IMG/VR virus record: IMGVR_UViG_3300045988_154248
Reading direction: 5' to 3' (one strand)
Source of the DNA: a virus
Length of the DNA: 64,000 nucleotides
The notes under the pieces are model-generated. The model did no database searches. It saw only the letters and a list, made by a program, of their open reading frames with translations, and was not told the DNA's origin. This document shows positions 18,981-28,153 of the stretch, piece by piece; position 1 is the stretch's first letter; the number at the start of each line of letters is the position of its first letter. The position numbers and the translations under genes were made by a program.

Positions 18981-19010
18981 GAGAGTGGAGCAATCTACTC
19001 TCCATTTTTG
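18981..19010 (+). terminator. rho-independent terminator
   Basis: GGAGAGT-ggagcaatct-ACTCTCC followed by ATTTTTG. Confidence 0.65.
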
Positions 19011-19013
19011 TAT

Positions 19014-19097
19014 GGGCAGATGTGCTTAGTGGCGATAGCAGTGGGCCGTAACCCCACCACATTAGAAACACCGTAGGTTCGACTCCTACTCTGCTCA
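19014..19097 (+). tRNA. tRNA-Tyr (anticodon GTA), long variable arm
   Basis: Acceptor GGGCAGA/TCTGCTC, anticodon stem GTGGG/CCCAC with loop CCGTAAC, T arm GTAGG-TTCGACT-CCTAC. Confidence 0.85.
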
Positions 19098-19107
19098 TTT
19101 TTGTTTT

Positions 19108-19197
19108 GGAGCTTTACTCAAGTTGGATGAAGAGATCAGTCCTGAAAACTGACAGGCCGTTAACAACGGCGCGTGGGTTCGAATCCTACAGGCTCCG
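19108..19197 (+). tRNA. tRNA-Ser (anticodon TGA), long variable arm
   Basis: Acceptor GGAGCTT/AGGCTCC, anticodon stem TCAGT/ACTGA with loop CCTGAAA, variable stem GCCGTT/AACGGC, T arm GTGGG-TTCGAAT-CCTAC. Confidence 0.85.
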
Positions 19198-19232
19198 TAT
19201 ATAATTAGTGAATGGAGGCAGTGCCTCCGTAT

Positions 19233-19315
19233 GCCGGTATGGTGGAATTGGTAGACACATCTGGTTTAAGCCCAGATTGCTATGAGCAGTGCGAGTTCGA
19301 GTCTCGCTGCCGGTA
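19233..19315 (+). tRNA. tRNA-Leu (anticodon TAA), long variable arm
   Basis: GCCGGTATGGTGGAATTGGTAGACAC 5' half, anticodon stem TCTGG/CCAGA with loop TTTAAGC, T arm GCGAG-TTCGAGT-CTCGC. Confidence 0.8.
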
Positions 19316-19343
19316 TTATTTTTTGTAAAAAGGAGACATACAT

Positions 19344-19442
19344 ATGAAAGGTATGACCGGAATTTACAGGATCAATCCTGCATTGTTTGGTGGAATTCTT
19401 GGTGGATGCACTGGTATTCTACTTCGGATTCTATTGTTTTAA
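19344..19442 (+). CDS. 32-aa hydrophobic peptide (putative)
   Basis: AAAGGAG RBS then ATG: MKGMTGIYRINPALFGGILGGCTGILLRILLF. Not in the track (under 60 aa). Its 3' end overlaps the convergent - strand gene by 4 nt. Confidence 0.3.
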   Translation: MKGMTGIYRINPALFGGILGGCTGILLRILLF

Positions 19443-19921
19443 GGCGTTATGAATCCTAATAAATAAAATATTAAAGCAACTACAAATGAAACAATTGCGG
19501 TATTTCTCCAATAGTGTCTATTACTATTTTCAAGGTTTTTATTCACCGCTTTTAATTCTGCATTTACATTTCTTAAAGTATTCAATTCTTCTAAATTTGA
19601 ATCAATCGTTTTGTTTTGTATTTCAATTTGTGCATTCAATTTCATGTTTTCGTACTGAATTTTTCTCATAGCTTCTGTCTGACTTTCAAGCTCAGATTGC
19701 ATAGAATCCATTTTGTCAGTAAGGAATTTTAAACGTTCTTCTGGAGATTGGAATTTTGGCATGTAATCAAATATATTCATGCTGGCATTATTGTTCAGCA
19801 TTTGCTGATAGCTTGCATCTGATATTAGTTTTTCAGAAAATTCCTGTAGTTTTTGGAGATTTTTAGATAGAGCTACTGGTTCCAATATTTTTCCATCTGG
19901 TGTGGTTATAGTTTTACACAT
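19439..19921 (-). CDS. coiled-coil protein with C-terminal transmembrane anchor
   Basis: 160-aa - strand ORF. Long heptad-like region, then IVSFVVALIFYLLGFI. RBS AAAGAAAGGTG lies upstream on the - strand. Confidence 0.5.
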   Translation of the reverse strand: MCKTITTPDGKILEPVALSKNLQKLQEFSEKLISDASYQQMLNNNASMNIFDYMPKFQSPEERLKFLTDKMDSMQSELESQTEAMRKIQYENMKLNAQIEIQNKTIDSNLEELNTLRNVNAELKAVNKNLENSNRHYWRNTAIVSFVVALIFYLLGFITP

Positions 19922-20047
19922 TTAAATCACCTTTCTTTATTTTGTTTCATGTTTTATATTTTTATTCTCTTTAAATTCATTGGAGAATAAGTAATCATAA
20001 GCAGTTTGGTGCTTATTGCTCTGTCAGTGGAGCGTGATTAATTTTTT

Positions 20048-20111
20048 GGAGTAGGAAACCAGAGAAGTCATGAGCTTTGGCATAGTAGACACTCGCACTA
20101 CTCTCCTACTC
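20048..20111 (+). promoter_or_regulatory. two-hairpin motif with GAAGTCATGAGC loop, copy B (upstream of the HNH gene)
   Basis: P1 GAGTAGGA/TCCTACTC. Hairpin 1 CCAGA-[GAAGTCATGAGC]-TTTGG. Hairpin 2 AGTAG-acactcgca-CTACT. Stems covary with copy A and the loop is identical. Confidence 0.5.
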
Positions 20112-20150
20112 TTTTTTAATTGTTATGCGAGTGGAAAGCGAGAAATAAAA

Positions 20151-21407
20151 ATGGGATATACTCATGGAACAAGTATTGAATCAAAAACAAGAATTTGTAC
20201 AAAATGTGGAAAAGAATTCCCGAATACAAATAAATTCTTTTCTTATGCAAATAAAAAACTTGGACGATTAAATGCTTTATGTAAAGAATGTCAAAAAATA
20301 ATTAGTAAAGAAAAGCGCCTGAAGATTATTGAGAAAAATAAAAATAAAGATTTATTTTATTCAGGGACACGACATTGTAAAAAATGCAATAGAGATTTAC
20401 CAAATAATAAATTATATTTTCCTATCGATCTATCTTGTATTGATGGTTTAAGAAATGTATGTAGAGAATGCAGCAAAAAGGAATCTGGTTTTCTTGATCC
20501 CAATTATACAGTTTCCGAAAAATGGACGGATGAAGAAAATAATGTATTGTTAGAAAAATATAAAGATTTTACTGGCGAAGAATTGCATAATTTATTTTTG
20601 CCAAATAGAACCGTTAGATCTATAGAATGTCATGCAGCGCTTCTTGGTCTGCAAGGCAAGAATTACGATGCACAAGTTAGAGCTAATTTGTCTAGAAGTA
20701 TAAAAAATAGTGAAAAGTTGAAAGGGCGAGCATTATCTGAAGAATCCAGAAAGAAAATTTCTGAAACAAAAAGAGAATATTTTAAGACTCATAATGGATG
20801 GTGGAAAGGTAAAAGACGTAGCCCAGAACAATGCAAAATGATAAGCGAAAGGCAAAAGGGAAAATGGGCTGGAGATAAAAATCCAAGACATTTAAATCCA
20901 TTAGTTGGCGAAGAAAATGGTCGTTGGAAAGGTGGAATTAATTCTACTTATGTCGAGTTAAGATCTGATACAAAAAGTTGGTTCAATGATTCAATGGGAT
21001 TTTGTAATTATAAATGTGTTATAACTGGCGGTGAATTTGATAATGTACATCATACAACAGCATTTAGAGATATCGTTGATGAAGTTTTTAAAATAACAGG
21101 AATAGAAGTAAAACAGCAAGTATGTGATTATAACAAAGAAGATTTCGATGAATTAAGATTAACATTAAAAGATTTGCATATGTTATATGGGTATGGAGCA
21201 TGTATAAACAAAGAGGTACATAAATTATTCCATGACAATTATGGATATACAAAATTCTCTCCATTTGACTTTTTGGATTTTTTATACAGAATCGATACTG
21301 GAGAATTTGATACTTGGTTCACGGAAAATAATTTGAAAATAAATATAAATTATGAATATGTAGAATATTTAGAAAGCACTTTGTCAGTTCTTGCGGAAAG
21401 TGCTTAA
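20151..21407 (+). CDS. HNH homing endonuclease with NUMOD3-like repeats and N-terminal zinc ribbons
   Basis: Two CxxC...CxxC modules (CTKCGKEF..CKECQK; CKKCNRDL..CRECSK). Repeated S.E.R.KIS/GK..G NUMOD-like motifs. HNH core NVHHTTAF...NKEVHKLFH. The ATG 20070 extension lies inside the structured motif. Confidence 0.8.
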   Translation: MGYTHGTSIESKTRICTKCGKEFPNTNKFFSYANKKLGRLNALCKECQKIISKEKRLKIIEKNKNKDLFYSGTRHCKKCNRDLPNNKLYFPIDLSCIDGLRNVCRECSKKESGFLDPNYTVSEKWTDEENNVLLEKYKDFTGEELHNLFLPNRTVRSIECHAALLGLQGKNYDAQVRANLSRSIKNSEKLKGRALSEESRKKISETKREYFKTHNGWWKGKRRSPEQCKMISERQKGKWAGDKNPRHLNPLVGEENGRWKGGINSTYVELRSDTKSWFNDSMGFCNYKCVITGGEFDNVHHTTAFRDIVDEVFKITGIEVKQQVCDYNKEDFDELRLTLKDLHMLYGYGACINKEVHKLFHDNYGYTKFSPFDFLDFLYRIDTGEFDTWFTENNLKININYEYVEYLESTLSVLAESA

Positions 21408-21437
21408 TTTATTGAAATAAAAGGAGGTGGCTGTTAA

Positions 21438-22646
21438 TTGGCTACAAAAGCAACTGCACCGAAATTAACGGCTGCTCAAGCAAGAGAAAAAGTTGTTGAA
21501 TTACAAAATAAATTAGATAACTATAACAAAACAGCACAATGTCCGATGTGTAGGAAGCATAAGGATGTAAAAATCGGATTTTATATGGACACAGACCCAA
21601 TTCTTGGCGGGGATAGTTTTAGTAGAATATGCCGTGACTGTGCAAGGAAAATTGCATTGCGTGTGGATAAAAATGGAATTGAGCATGACCCAACTAAAGA
21701 ATCCGCACAAAAAGCACTATATTATTTAAATAAACCTTTTATTGAGTCATTGTGGAATTCAAGTATACAAGAGTCTGAAAATTTAGTAACAGGAAAAGGG
21801 AAAAGCAACGCCTGGAATGCTTATATTAAAAATATAAGTATGGTTAACTATAACGGGCAAGGTTATATGGATTCTGATATGTTTAAAGAAAAAATTGTTT
21901 ATGCTGACGAAGAGAAAAAGCAAAATACAAAAGAGGAATTGTCTGAAGATGTTGTTGAAATGTACAAAATAAACAAACGTACAGTTCTTCGTTTTTTAGG
22001 TTATGATCCATTTGAAAATGAACCAGAAGAAGAAAAACCTCTTTTATATTCCAAACTTGTAGGATATTTTGATGAATCAGTAAAAGATGATGGGTTAAAA
22101 CTTGAAGCAGTTATAGAGATAGTGCAAAGTTTTAAAGATGTCAAGACAATTAACGATGCAATTTCACAATATAAAAAGCAGCTAGGTAGCAATCCAGGCG
22201 TTATTTCCACAATTAAATCTCTTGCTGACACAAAACAAAAAATGATTAATTCTGCACTTGCTCTAGCAAAAGATAATGGGATCTCAGAGAATAATAATAA
22301 CAGAAAAAGTAAAGGTGCTGGAACATTGACAGGTATTATAAAGGAACTTCAGGAAATGAATCTAAATGGTTCAGAAGTTAATACTTTTGATTATGAAACA
22401 AATTTGGCGATCGAAGATATTATGACTAGAAATCATCAGAACCAATTAAGACAATTGAATCCAGACGAGAATGATTGGGAAAAAGAAGTAGTTCATCAAA
22501 AAGAACTACTTTTTAATTTGCAAAAAGAACGGGATAACGCCGTTGAATTTAGTAGGTTATTAAAAAAAGAAAATAAAGATTTAAAAGATTTTCTTTTAGA
22601 AAAAGGATTAATTAATGAAAAGGGACAAGTAATCGAAGATGAATGA
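21438..22646 (+). CDS. hypothetical protein (positional candidate for small terminase / DNA-recognition subunit)
   Basis: TTG start after AAAGGAGGTG. Zinc-ribbon CPMCRK...CRDCARK. Overlaps the terL start. Function is inferred from position only. Confidence 0.3.
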   Translation: MATKATAPKLTAAQAREKVVELQNKLDNYNKTAQCPMCRKHKDVKIGFYMDTDPILGGDSFSRICRDCARKIALRVDKNGIEHDPTKESAQKALYYLNKPFIESLWNSSIQESENLVTGKGKSNAWNAYIKNISMVNYNGQGYMDSDMFKEKIVYADEEKKQNTKEELSEDVVEMYKINKRTVLRFLGYDPFENEPEEEKPLLYSKLVGYFDESVKDDGLKLEAVIEIVQSFKDVKTINDAISQYKKQLGSNPGVISTIKSLADTKQKMINSALALAKDNGISENNNNRKSKGAGTLTGIIKELQEMNLNGSEVNTFDYETNLAIEDIMTRNHQNQLRQLNPDENDWEKEVVHQKELLFNLQKERDNAVEFSRLLKKENKDLKDFLLEKGLINEKGQVIEDE

Positions 22647-24573
22647 AAATAAAAATATTGTCCTAATGGGGGATAAAATTAACGAATTTACCCCAAAGAA
22701 TTTTACTTTTTTTACAAAACCTACGTATTATGATATGTCTGAACTGAAATTGGAAGGATTAAAGAAATTTGCTGAAATCATTCAATGGGGGAGGCGCAAT
22801 CCCGTCAAATTCTGCGAAAGATTCTTTGGGATAGAATTTCTTGATTATCAAAAATACGTATTTATGATGTCGTGGATAACCCCAAACGTTGTATGGTGTA
22901 TGAGTCGTAATGCTGGAAAAACAACATTAGGTAGCCCATTTCTTATGGCAAAGACAATGTTATTGCCTAAATTTGAAGCATATATTTTAAGTTCAACTGG
23001 TTCACAAAGTATTGGTATGATGAAAAAGATTGAATCAATTGCCAAAAAAGAAATTGCTTCATTTACGGGTTTAACAGATGTTTTTCTTAATGAACTTGTT
23101 AAAAGTGCAAATTCTGAAGGGTTCCGGCATGATCCAGCATCTTATTCATTTAAGCTTTATTCAGGATCAAGTTTGGCTACAGTAAATTCAAATTTTGATG
23201 GATCTCGTGGACGTCGAAGTAGACTAAATTTTTATGATGAAGCATCCTATGTGTCAGAAGATATGTTTGCTGCTACTCTTCCATTTGTCACACAAAATAG
23301 TGATTTTGCCCTTGGAGGAGATGTTGACGTAACTTTACTTCCTCCAAATTTCCCGAATCAAGTTATTTGTGCTAGTTCTGCAGGTTCGATGGATGACGTT
23401 TTTTATAAAAGATATAAAGAAGCAGCTATGCATTCCATGGCGGGAGACAAAAATTATTTTTGTGCAGATATTGATTGCGAAGTTATTCTTCATGCTACAT
23501 ATAATGGAAAAATTTACCCTGTACCACTTCTTACTCAAGCAAAAATTGATTCTGAGATGAAAATGAATCCAACAAAAGCAACAAGAGAATACATGAATAA
23601 GTTCGATTCCGATCTTGGCGATGATATTGCAGTCAAGAAATCACAGGTATTAAGGAACAGTGTAGTAAGACCACCTATGTTGGTTAATGAAGATAATTCA
23701 TATATGGTAATTTGCTTCGATCCAGCCAAAAAACGCGATAATAGTTTTGTATTAATTGGTAAATTACATAGGGATGATCGGCGCGGATGGTTATTGGATG
23801 TTGTAAACGGAATAAACCTCATTGATAAAGAAACGAAAAAACCATTGACAACTCCAGAACAGATAAAAATGTTACAAGATATTATTGTTCGATACAACGG
23901 ATATGGCGTTCCCGATTATAAAAATATACATGGTATATATATAGACGCTGGTTCTGGTGGAGGAGCTACCCAAATGTGCGATCTTCTTTTTGATAATTTT
24001 TATGAATCAGGACATAAAGGAGAAAAAGATTATGAACATCATGGTTTAATAGATGCAAATTATGATTATGCAGCTCCATATGTGAAAAGATATCCTGATG
24101 CTATAGATATCATTCGAATGAGAGAACCGTCAAAATATAAAACAATTATGTATTCACAATTATGTGAGATGATTGATCAAGATTTAATAAGTTTTACCGC
24201 AGAATATGATTATCATGGCAATCTTACAATACTATCAGAAGAAAATGGCGAAGTCAAAGAGCAAGTTTATAACCTTACATTGGAAGAGGAAGTCGGATTA
24301 AAACAATTGGATGCAATGAAAGAAGAAGTTACCCATATGTATAAATACAAAGCTTCGAATGGCAATGTAAGATATGACTTAGCTCCTGGATTTGAAAGTA
24401 TTTTGCATGATGATAGAAGTTACTGTCTCGCTCTTATGGCTCATAGTCTCTTCGAGTTAAGAAGTAAGGACAAGGTAAGGCAAAAACGCCCACAAGAGTC
24501 CACTCAATCTCTCCTCTCTAAACTTTCAATCAATCAACCAAAACGTATCTCTTCGTTTTCCAAAACAATCTAA
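22639..24573 (+). CDS. terL: terminase large subunit
   Basis: Walker A MSRNAGKTTL, Walker B-like LNFYDEASYV, 644 aa, located upstream of the portal candidate. Confidence 0.8.
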   Translation: MNENKNIVLMGDKINEFTPKNFTFFTKPTYYDMSELKLEGLKKFAEIIQWGRRNPVKFCERFFGIEFLDYQKYVFMMSWITPNVVWCMSRNAGKTTLGSPFLMAKTMLLPKFEAYILSSTGSQSIGMMKKIESIAKKEIASFTGLTDVFLNELVKSANSEGFRHDPASYSFKLYSGSSLATVNSNFDGSRGRRSRLNFYDEASYVSEDMFAATLPFVTQNSDFALGGDVDVTLLPPNFPNQVICASSAGSMDDVFYKRYKEAAMHSMAGDKNYFCADIDCEVILHATYNGKIYPVPLLTQAKIDSEMKMNPTKATREYMNKFDSDLGDDIAVKKSQVLRNSVVRPPMLVNEDNSYMVICFDPAKKRDNSFVLIGKLHRDDRRGWLLDVVNGINLIDKETKKPLTTPEQIKMLQDIIVRYNGYGVPDYKNIHGIYIDAGSGGGATQMCDLLFDNFYESGHKGEKDYEHHGLIDANYDYAAPYVKRYPDAIDIIRMREPSKYKTIMYSQLCEMIDQDLISFTAEYDYHGNLTILSEENGEVKEQVYNLTLEEEVGLKQLDAMKEEVTHMYKYKASNGNVRYDLAPGFESILHDDRSYCLALMAHSLFELRSKDKVRQKRPQESTQSLLSKLSINQPKRISSFSKTI

Positions 24574-24623
24574 ATAAAAATCCAAAACACAACTAAATAG
24601 AAAAGGAGGTGTTCTCGTCAAAA

Positions 24624-26156
24624 ATGACACAATCCAAAAAAGAGATGGCAGAAACATCTCCAACACGTAAAAAACAACCAACAGCTGCAGAACGAAAATT
24701 GTATATGCAAAGTCTTGAACGTCAGCAAAAGAGATTTGCAGAAACGCAGAATGCATTTAAACAAGTTCGTGATGTTACAAAAACGACAAGACAAATTCCT
24801 ATAAGTTCATATAACAAGGGAAATGTAATTAAATATCTTCAAAATATAGACAGTTATGAAGATGAATTGCGTGGTTTATCTCGTTACTTATTTTATCGTT
24901 GTCAGATATATTTTAGATTAATTATGTATAATGCAACTATGTTTGACCTAAATGCAAGGTACGTAGTTCCTACATATGATCCAACTGGTGACAACGACAA
25001 GGAAAGTATATTAAAAGATTATTATGACACTTTGGTATGGCTAGATAGAATGTCTTTACAAGGGAACTTCTTACAGGTATTAATTAATAACTTTATAGAA
25101 GATGTATTCTATGGATGCTGTTGGCTGGACGAAACCGGAATGTTTATTTTAAAAATTCCACCAGATTATTGCAGAATTTCTGGTAAATATTTTACTGGCG
25201 ATTATTCTTTCTCTGTAGATATGAGTAAATATAAAAAATTCGAAGACGTGCTTGAATACCTTGGTGATCCATTATTATCAATGTATAAAAAATACGGTGG
25301 CAATAATCAAAATAAATGGCAACCTATGCCTGATGAATATGCTTTGTGTACAAAGTCAAGAGTTGAGACATGGGAAACTATTGTTCCAATTTACAGTGGA
25401 TTATTTATTGATTTAATTGGTCTTTTAAATCTTGGTGATGTACAAGCTGTTGCGGATGAACAACAAATTTATAAATTAATTACAGCTACTATACCGACAT
25501 TATCTGGTGCTGATGAACCAGATCAATGGGCTGTAAACATTGATTTTGCCGTAGATTATTATAATAAATTGGTTGATAGCCTTCCACCTTATATTGGTTC
25601 TGTGATAAGTCCATTGCCACTTAATACAATATCTTTTTCTGATGATCAAACAACAGACACGACGAAGGTACAAAAAGCCACAAAAGAAGTGTTGAATACT
25701 TCTGGTGGAGCGCAAATACTTAATTCTTCTAGTATTTCTGGTGCTGAAGCATTTCGAGCTGCTACAAAGGCAGATACTGAATTAGCAATTTCTGCACTTT
25801 TAGGTCAGATTCAAGGATGGGTAAATAGAATGCTATCATACCAAGTCAAAAATGCGGCGAAGGTTAAATTTTTTGAAGTGTCTTCTTATACAAAAGATAC
25901 TCTTAGAGAAGCCATGCAAAAAGATCTGCAATATGATAGTTCTAAAATGATATTAATAAATGCATTAAATGGGATTAGTGAACTTGATACCCTTTCGATG
26001 ACTTTCTTAGCCAATGATGTATTAGATTTAAAGAATAAATTTGTTCCACTCGTATCAGCAAATACAGTATCCAACGCAAGTGACGAAGGTGGCAGACCAG
26101 AGGTTTCTGATTCAGAAATAAGTGACGATGGAGCTAAAACGAGAGACAGAAAATAA
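24624..26156 (+). CDS. portal protein (putative)
   Basis: ~510 aa immediately after terL, with an acidic C-terminus. Start choice (ATG 24624 vs GTG 24609) is uncertain. Confidence 0.55.
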   Translation: MTQSKKEMAETSPTRKKQPTAAERKLYMQSLERQQKRFAETQNAFKQVRDVTKTTRQIPISSYNKGNVIKYLQNIDSYEDELRGLSRYLFYRCQIYFRLIMYNATMFDLNARYVVPTYDPTGDNDKESILKDYYDTLVWLDRMSLQGNFLQVLINNFIEDVFYGCCWLDETGMFILKIPPDYCRISGKYFTGDYSFSVDMSKYKKFEDVLEYLGDPLLSMYKKYGGNNQNKWQPMPDEYALCTKSRVETWETIVPIYSGLFIDLIGLLNLGDVQAVADEQQIYKLITATIPTLSGADEPDQWAVNIDFAVDYYNKLVDSLPPYIGSVISPLPLNTISFSDDQTTDTTKVQKATKEVLNTSGGAQILNSSSISGAEAFRAATKADTELAISALLGQIQGWVNRMLSYQVKNAAKVKFFEVSSYTKDTLREAMQKDLQYDSSKMILINALNGISELDTLSMTFLANDVLDLKNKFVPLVSANTVSNASDEGGRPEVSDSEISDDGAKTRDRK

Positions 26157-26168
26157 TGAGGTGGTTAT

Positions 26169-26345
26169 ATGAAAGAAAAGTTTTTAAAAACAACAGACAC
26201 TACTACCTCTGAAAACTTAAAGAAACTTGGATTTCAAGTAGTAAGTGAATTGAATGGAATGTATATATTTTTGAATACTGACAAACTTCAGTTTTCAAAT
26301 ATAGATAAATCAAAAATACAGTATAGCAATATACTTACTTTTTAG
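26169..26345 (+). CDS. 58-aa protein (possible distant relative of the 8158/43110/35270 small-protein family)
   Basis: GAGGTGG RBS then ATG: MKEKFLKTTDTTTSENLKKLGFQVVSELNGMYIFLNTDKL... Not in the track (under 60 aa). Confidence 0.35.
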   Translation: MKEKFLKTTDTTTSENLKKLGFQVVSELNGMYIFLNTDKLQFSNIDKSKIQYSNILTF

Positions 26346-26378
26346 CCACTCTTCTATTTCTTGAGTGGTATTTTTTAT
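26346..26378 (+). terminator. rho-independent terminator
   Basis: CCACTC-ttctatttctt-GAGTGG followed by TATTTTTT. Confidence 0.6.
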
Positions 26379-26415
26379 ACCTAATATTTAAGGAAAGGAG
26401 GAATCGCTAAATATC

Positions 26416-28071
26416 ATGTCAAAAAAAAGACTTCTTTTTATAGAAGATTTATATGATTTTTATTTAAACAAATATAAAAGATCTACACATTTTAGTAGCG
26501 AAAAAAATGGAGAACCTTTGGTTGTTCAAGTACATGGCAAAGTTAATTTTGATCAGTCTGACAAAAATAAAGATGGACTACTTCCAGTTCACCTCCAATC
26601 TTGTCACACAGATTTAAATGTAAATGGATCAAATATTAACAAAACTGTTATGGAAGCAGCATTGCCATCATTCAGCAATCGTCCGATTCTTGGTTATATC
26701 CATAAGGTAGTTACAGATGAAAATCCGGATGGTCAGTGGGAGTTTTACAGTCACAATATGCATGAAAATGAAAATGGAGAGCTTGTTTATGACGAATATC
26801 CGATTGGAATCATTCCGGAGAGCTGTAATGCACAACTTGTTTACGATGAAGAAAAAGAAAAAACCTATTGTGAAGTTGATGGATATATCTTTGAAGAGTA
26901 TTCAAAAGCTGCTGAGATTTTAGAGCGTGAAGGTGAATGCTTTGTATCGGTTGAACTTTCAATTCGAGAATTAAGCTATGATGCAAAATCAAAGTATTTA
27001 AACATCGAAGACTTTTTCTTTAGTGGAGTAACAATTTTGGGAAAAACTCCACAGGGAGAAACCGTAAAGCCTGGAATGTCCGGATCAAATATTAAACTTA
27101 CTGATTTTAAAGCAAAAAATAACAGTTTATTTGAAAATTATGAATCAAAAATGGATGAGTTGCAAGAACGACTAAATAAATTAGAGTCTACTTGCTTCAG
27201 TATTAAGGAGCAAACTTCTGCTCTACTATTACAAAAGGAAGGAGGAAATGAAAGTAAAATGAATAAATTTGAAGAGTTATTAGAGAAATACAATAAAACT
27301 GTAGAAGACATTACATTTGAATATTCTAATTTATCAGATGAAGAATTAGAAGTTAAATTTAAAGAAGTTTTCGAAGATAGTTCTATTGGCAAAGGGGAGG
27401 CATCTAGTGACGGTGAAAATAACAAAGGACAGGGATTTGAAAAACTTGTTCGTACATATGAAATTTCACATGAAGATGTTCGATACGCATTGTATAATTT
27501 ATTAACTCCATACGAGGAACTAGACGATGATTATTATTACATCTCAAATGTTTATGATTCTTATTTTGTATATGAAGGATGGTGTACAGATAAGATTTAT
27601 CGTCAGGGTTATGTAAAAGATGGTGACAATGTTTCATTTGATGGAGAACGTACAGAATTATTCCGTGAACTTTTAACAGCAAGTGAAAAAGCAGAATTAG
27701 AAGAAATGCGTTCAAACTATGCAGAATTAAAAGTGTTCAAAGAAGAAATTGAATTAAATGAACTTCGTGAAAAAAAGAAAGAAATTCTTGATTCTGAGAA
27801 ATATGAAATTCTTGCACAGAAAGATGAAGAAGGAAAATTCGTAAATAAAGATTATGAGAAACTTGTTTCTGAAATGGATAACTACTCTCTCGCTGATCTT
27901 GAGACAGAAATTAAAGTTCTTCATTCTGATTATGTTTCTGAGCATGGTAACTTTGCACTTTCTAATAACAAAGAAAAGACAGCTACATCAAAGAAACAAT
28001 TTGTAAATGTAAATAAAAAAGCTTCGAAACCTAGCAGATATGGAAAACTGTTTGCTGAAGAAGAAAAATAA
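26416..28071 (+). CDS. head scaffolding / maturation protein (putative)
   Basis: 551 aa between the portal and capsid candidates. The C-terminal half is strongly coiled-coil and acidic. Function is positional. Confidence 0.4.
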   Translation: MSKKRLLFIEDLYDFYLNKYKRSTHFSSEKNGEPLVVQVHGKVNFDQSDKNKDGLLPVHLQSCHTDLNVNGSNINKTVMEAALPSFSNRPILGYIHKVVTDENPDGQWEFYSHNMHENENGELVYDEYPIGIIPESCNAQLVYDEEKEKTYCEVDGYIFEEYSKAAEILEREGECFVSVELSIRELSYDAKSKYLNIEDFFFSGVTILGKTPQGETVKPGMSGSNIKLTDFKAKNNSLFENYESKMDELQERLNKLESTCFSIKEQTSALLLQKEGGNESKMNKFEELLEKYNKTVEDITFEYSNLSDEELEVKFKEVFEDSSIGKGEASSDGENNKGQGFEKLVRTYEISHEDVRYALYNLLTPYEELDDDYYYISNVYDSYFVYEGWCTDKIYRQGYVKDGDNVSFDGERTELFRELLTASEKAELEEMRSNYAELKVFKEEIELNELREKKKEILDSEKYEILAQKDEEGKFVNKDYEKLVSEMDNYSLADLETEIKVLHSDYVSEHGNFALSNNKEKTATSKKQFVNVNKKASKPSRYGKLFAEEEK

Positions 28072-28097
28072 ATAAACAAAATAACTTTTAATTTTAA

Positions 28098-28125
28098 AGA
28101 TCGCAACAAGCGGTCTTTTTATTTT
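28098..28125 (+). terminator. rho-independent terminator
   Basis: AGATCGC-aacaa-GCGGTCT followed by TTTTTATTTT. Confidence 0.65.
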
Positions 28126-28153
28126 GTAAAAAAACAAAAGGAGGAAAAATCAA

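Noticed and set aside
20070-20150. ATG 20070 as the start of the HNH endonuclease
   Set aside because: That ATG is part of the invariant hairpin loop (GAAGTCATGAGC), and the added 27 aa are hydrophobic junk. In copy A of the motif the same ATG opens only a 3-codon ORF.
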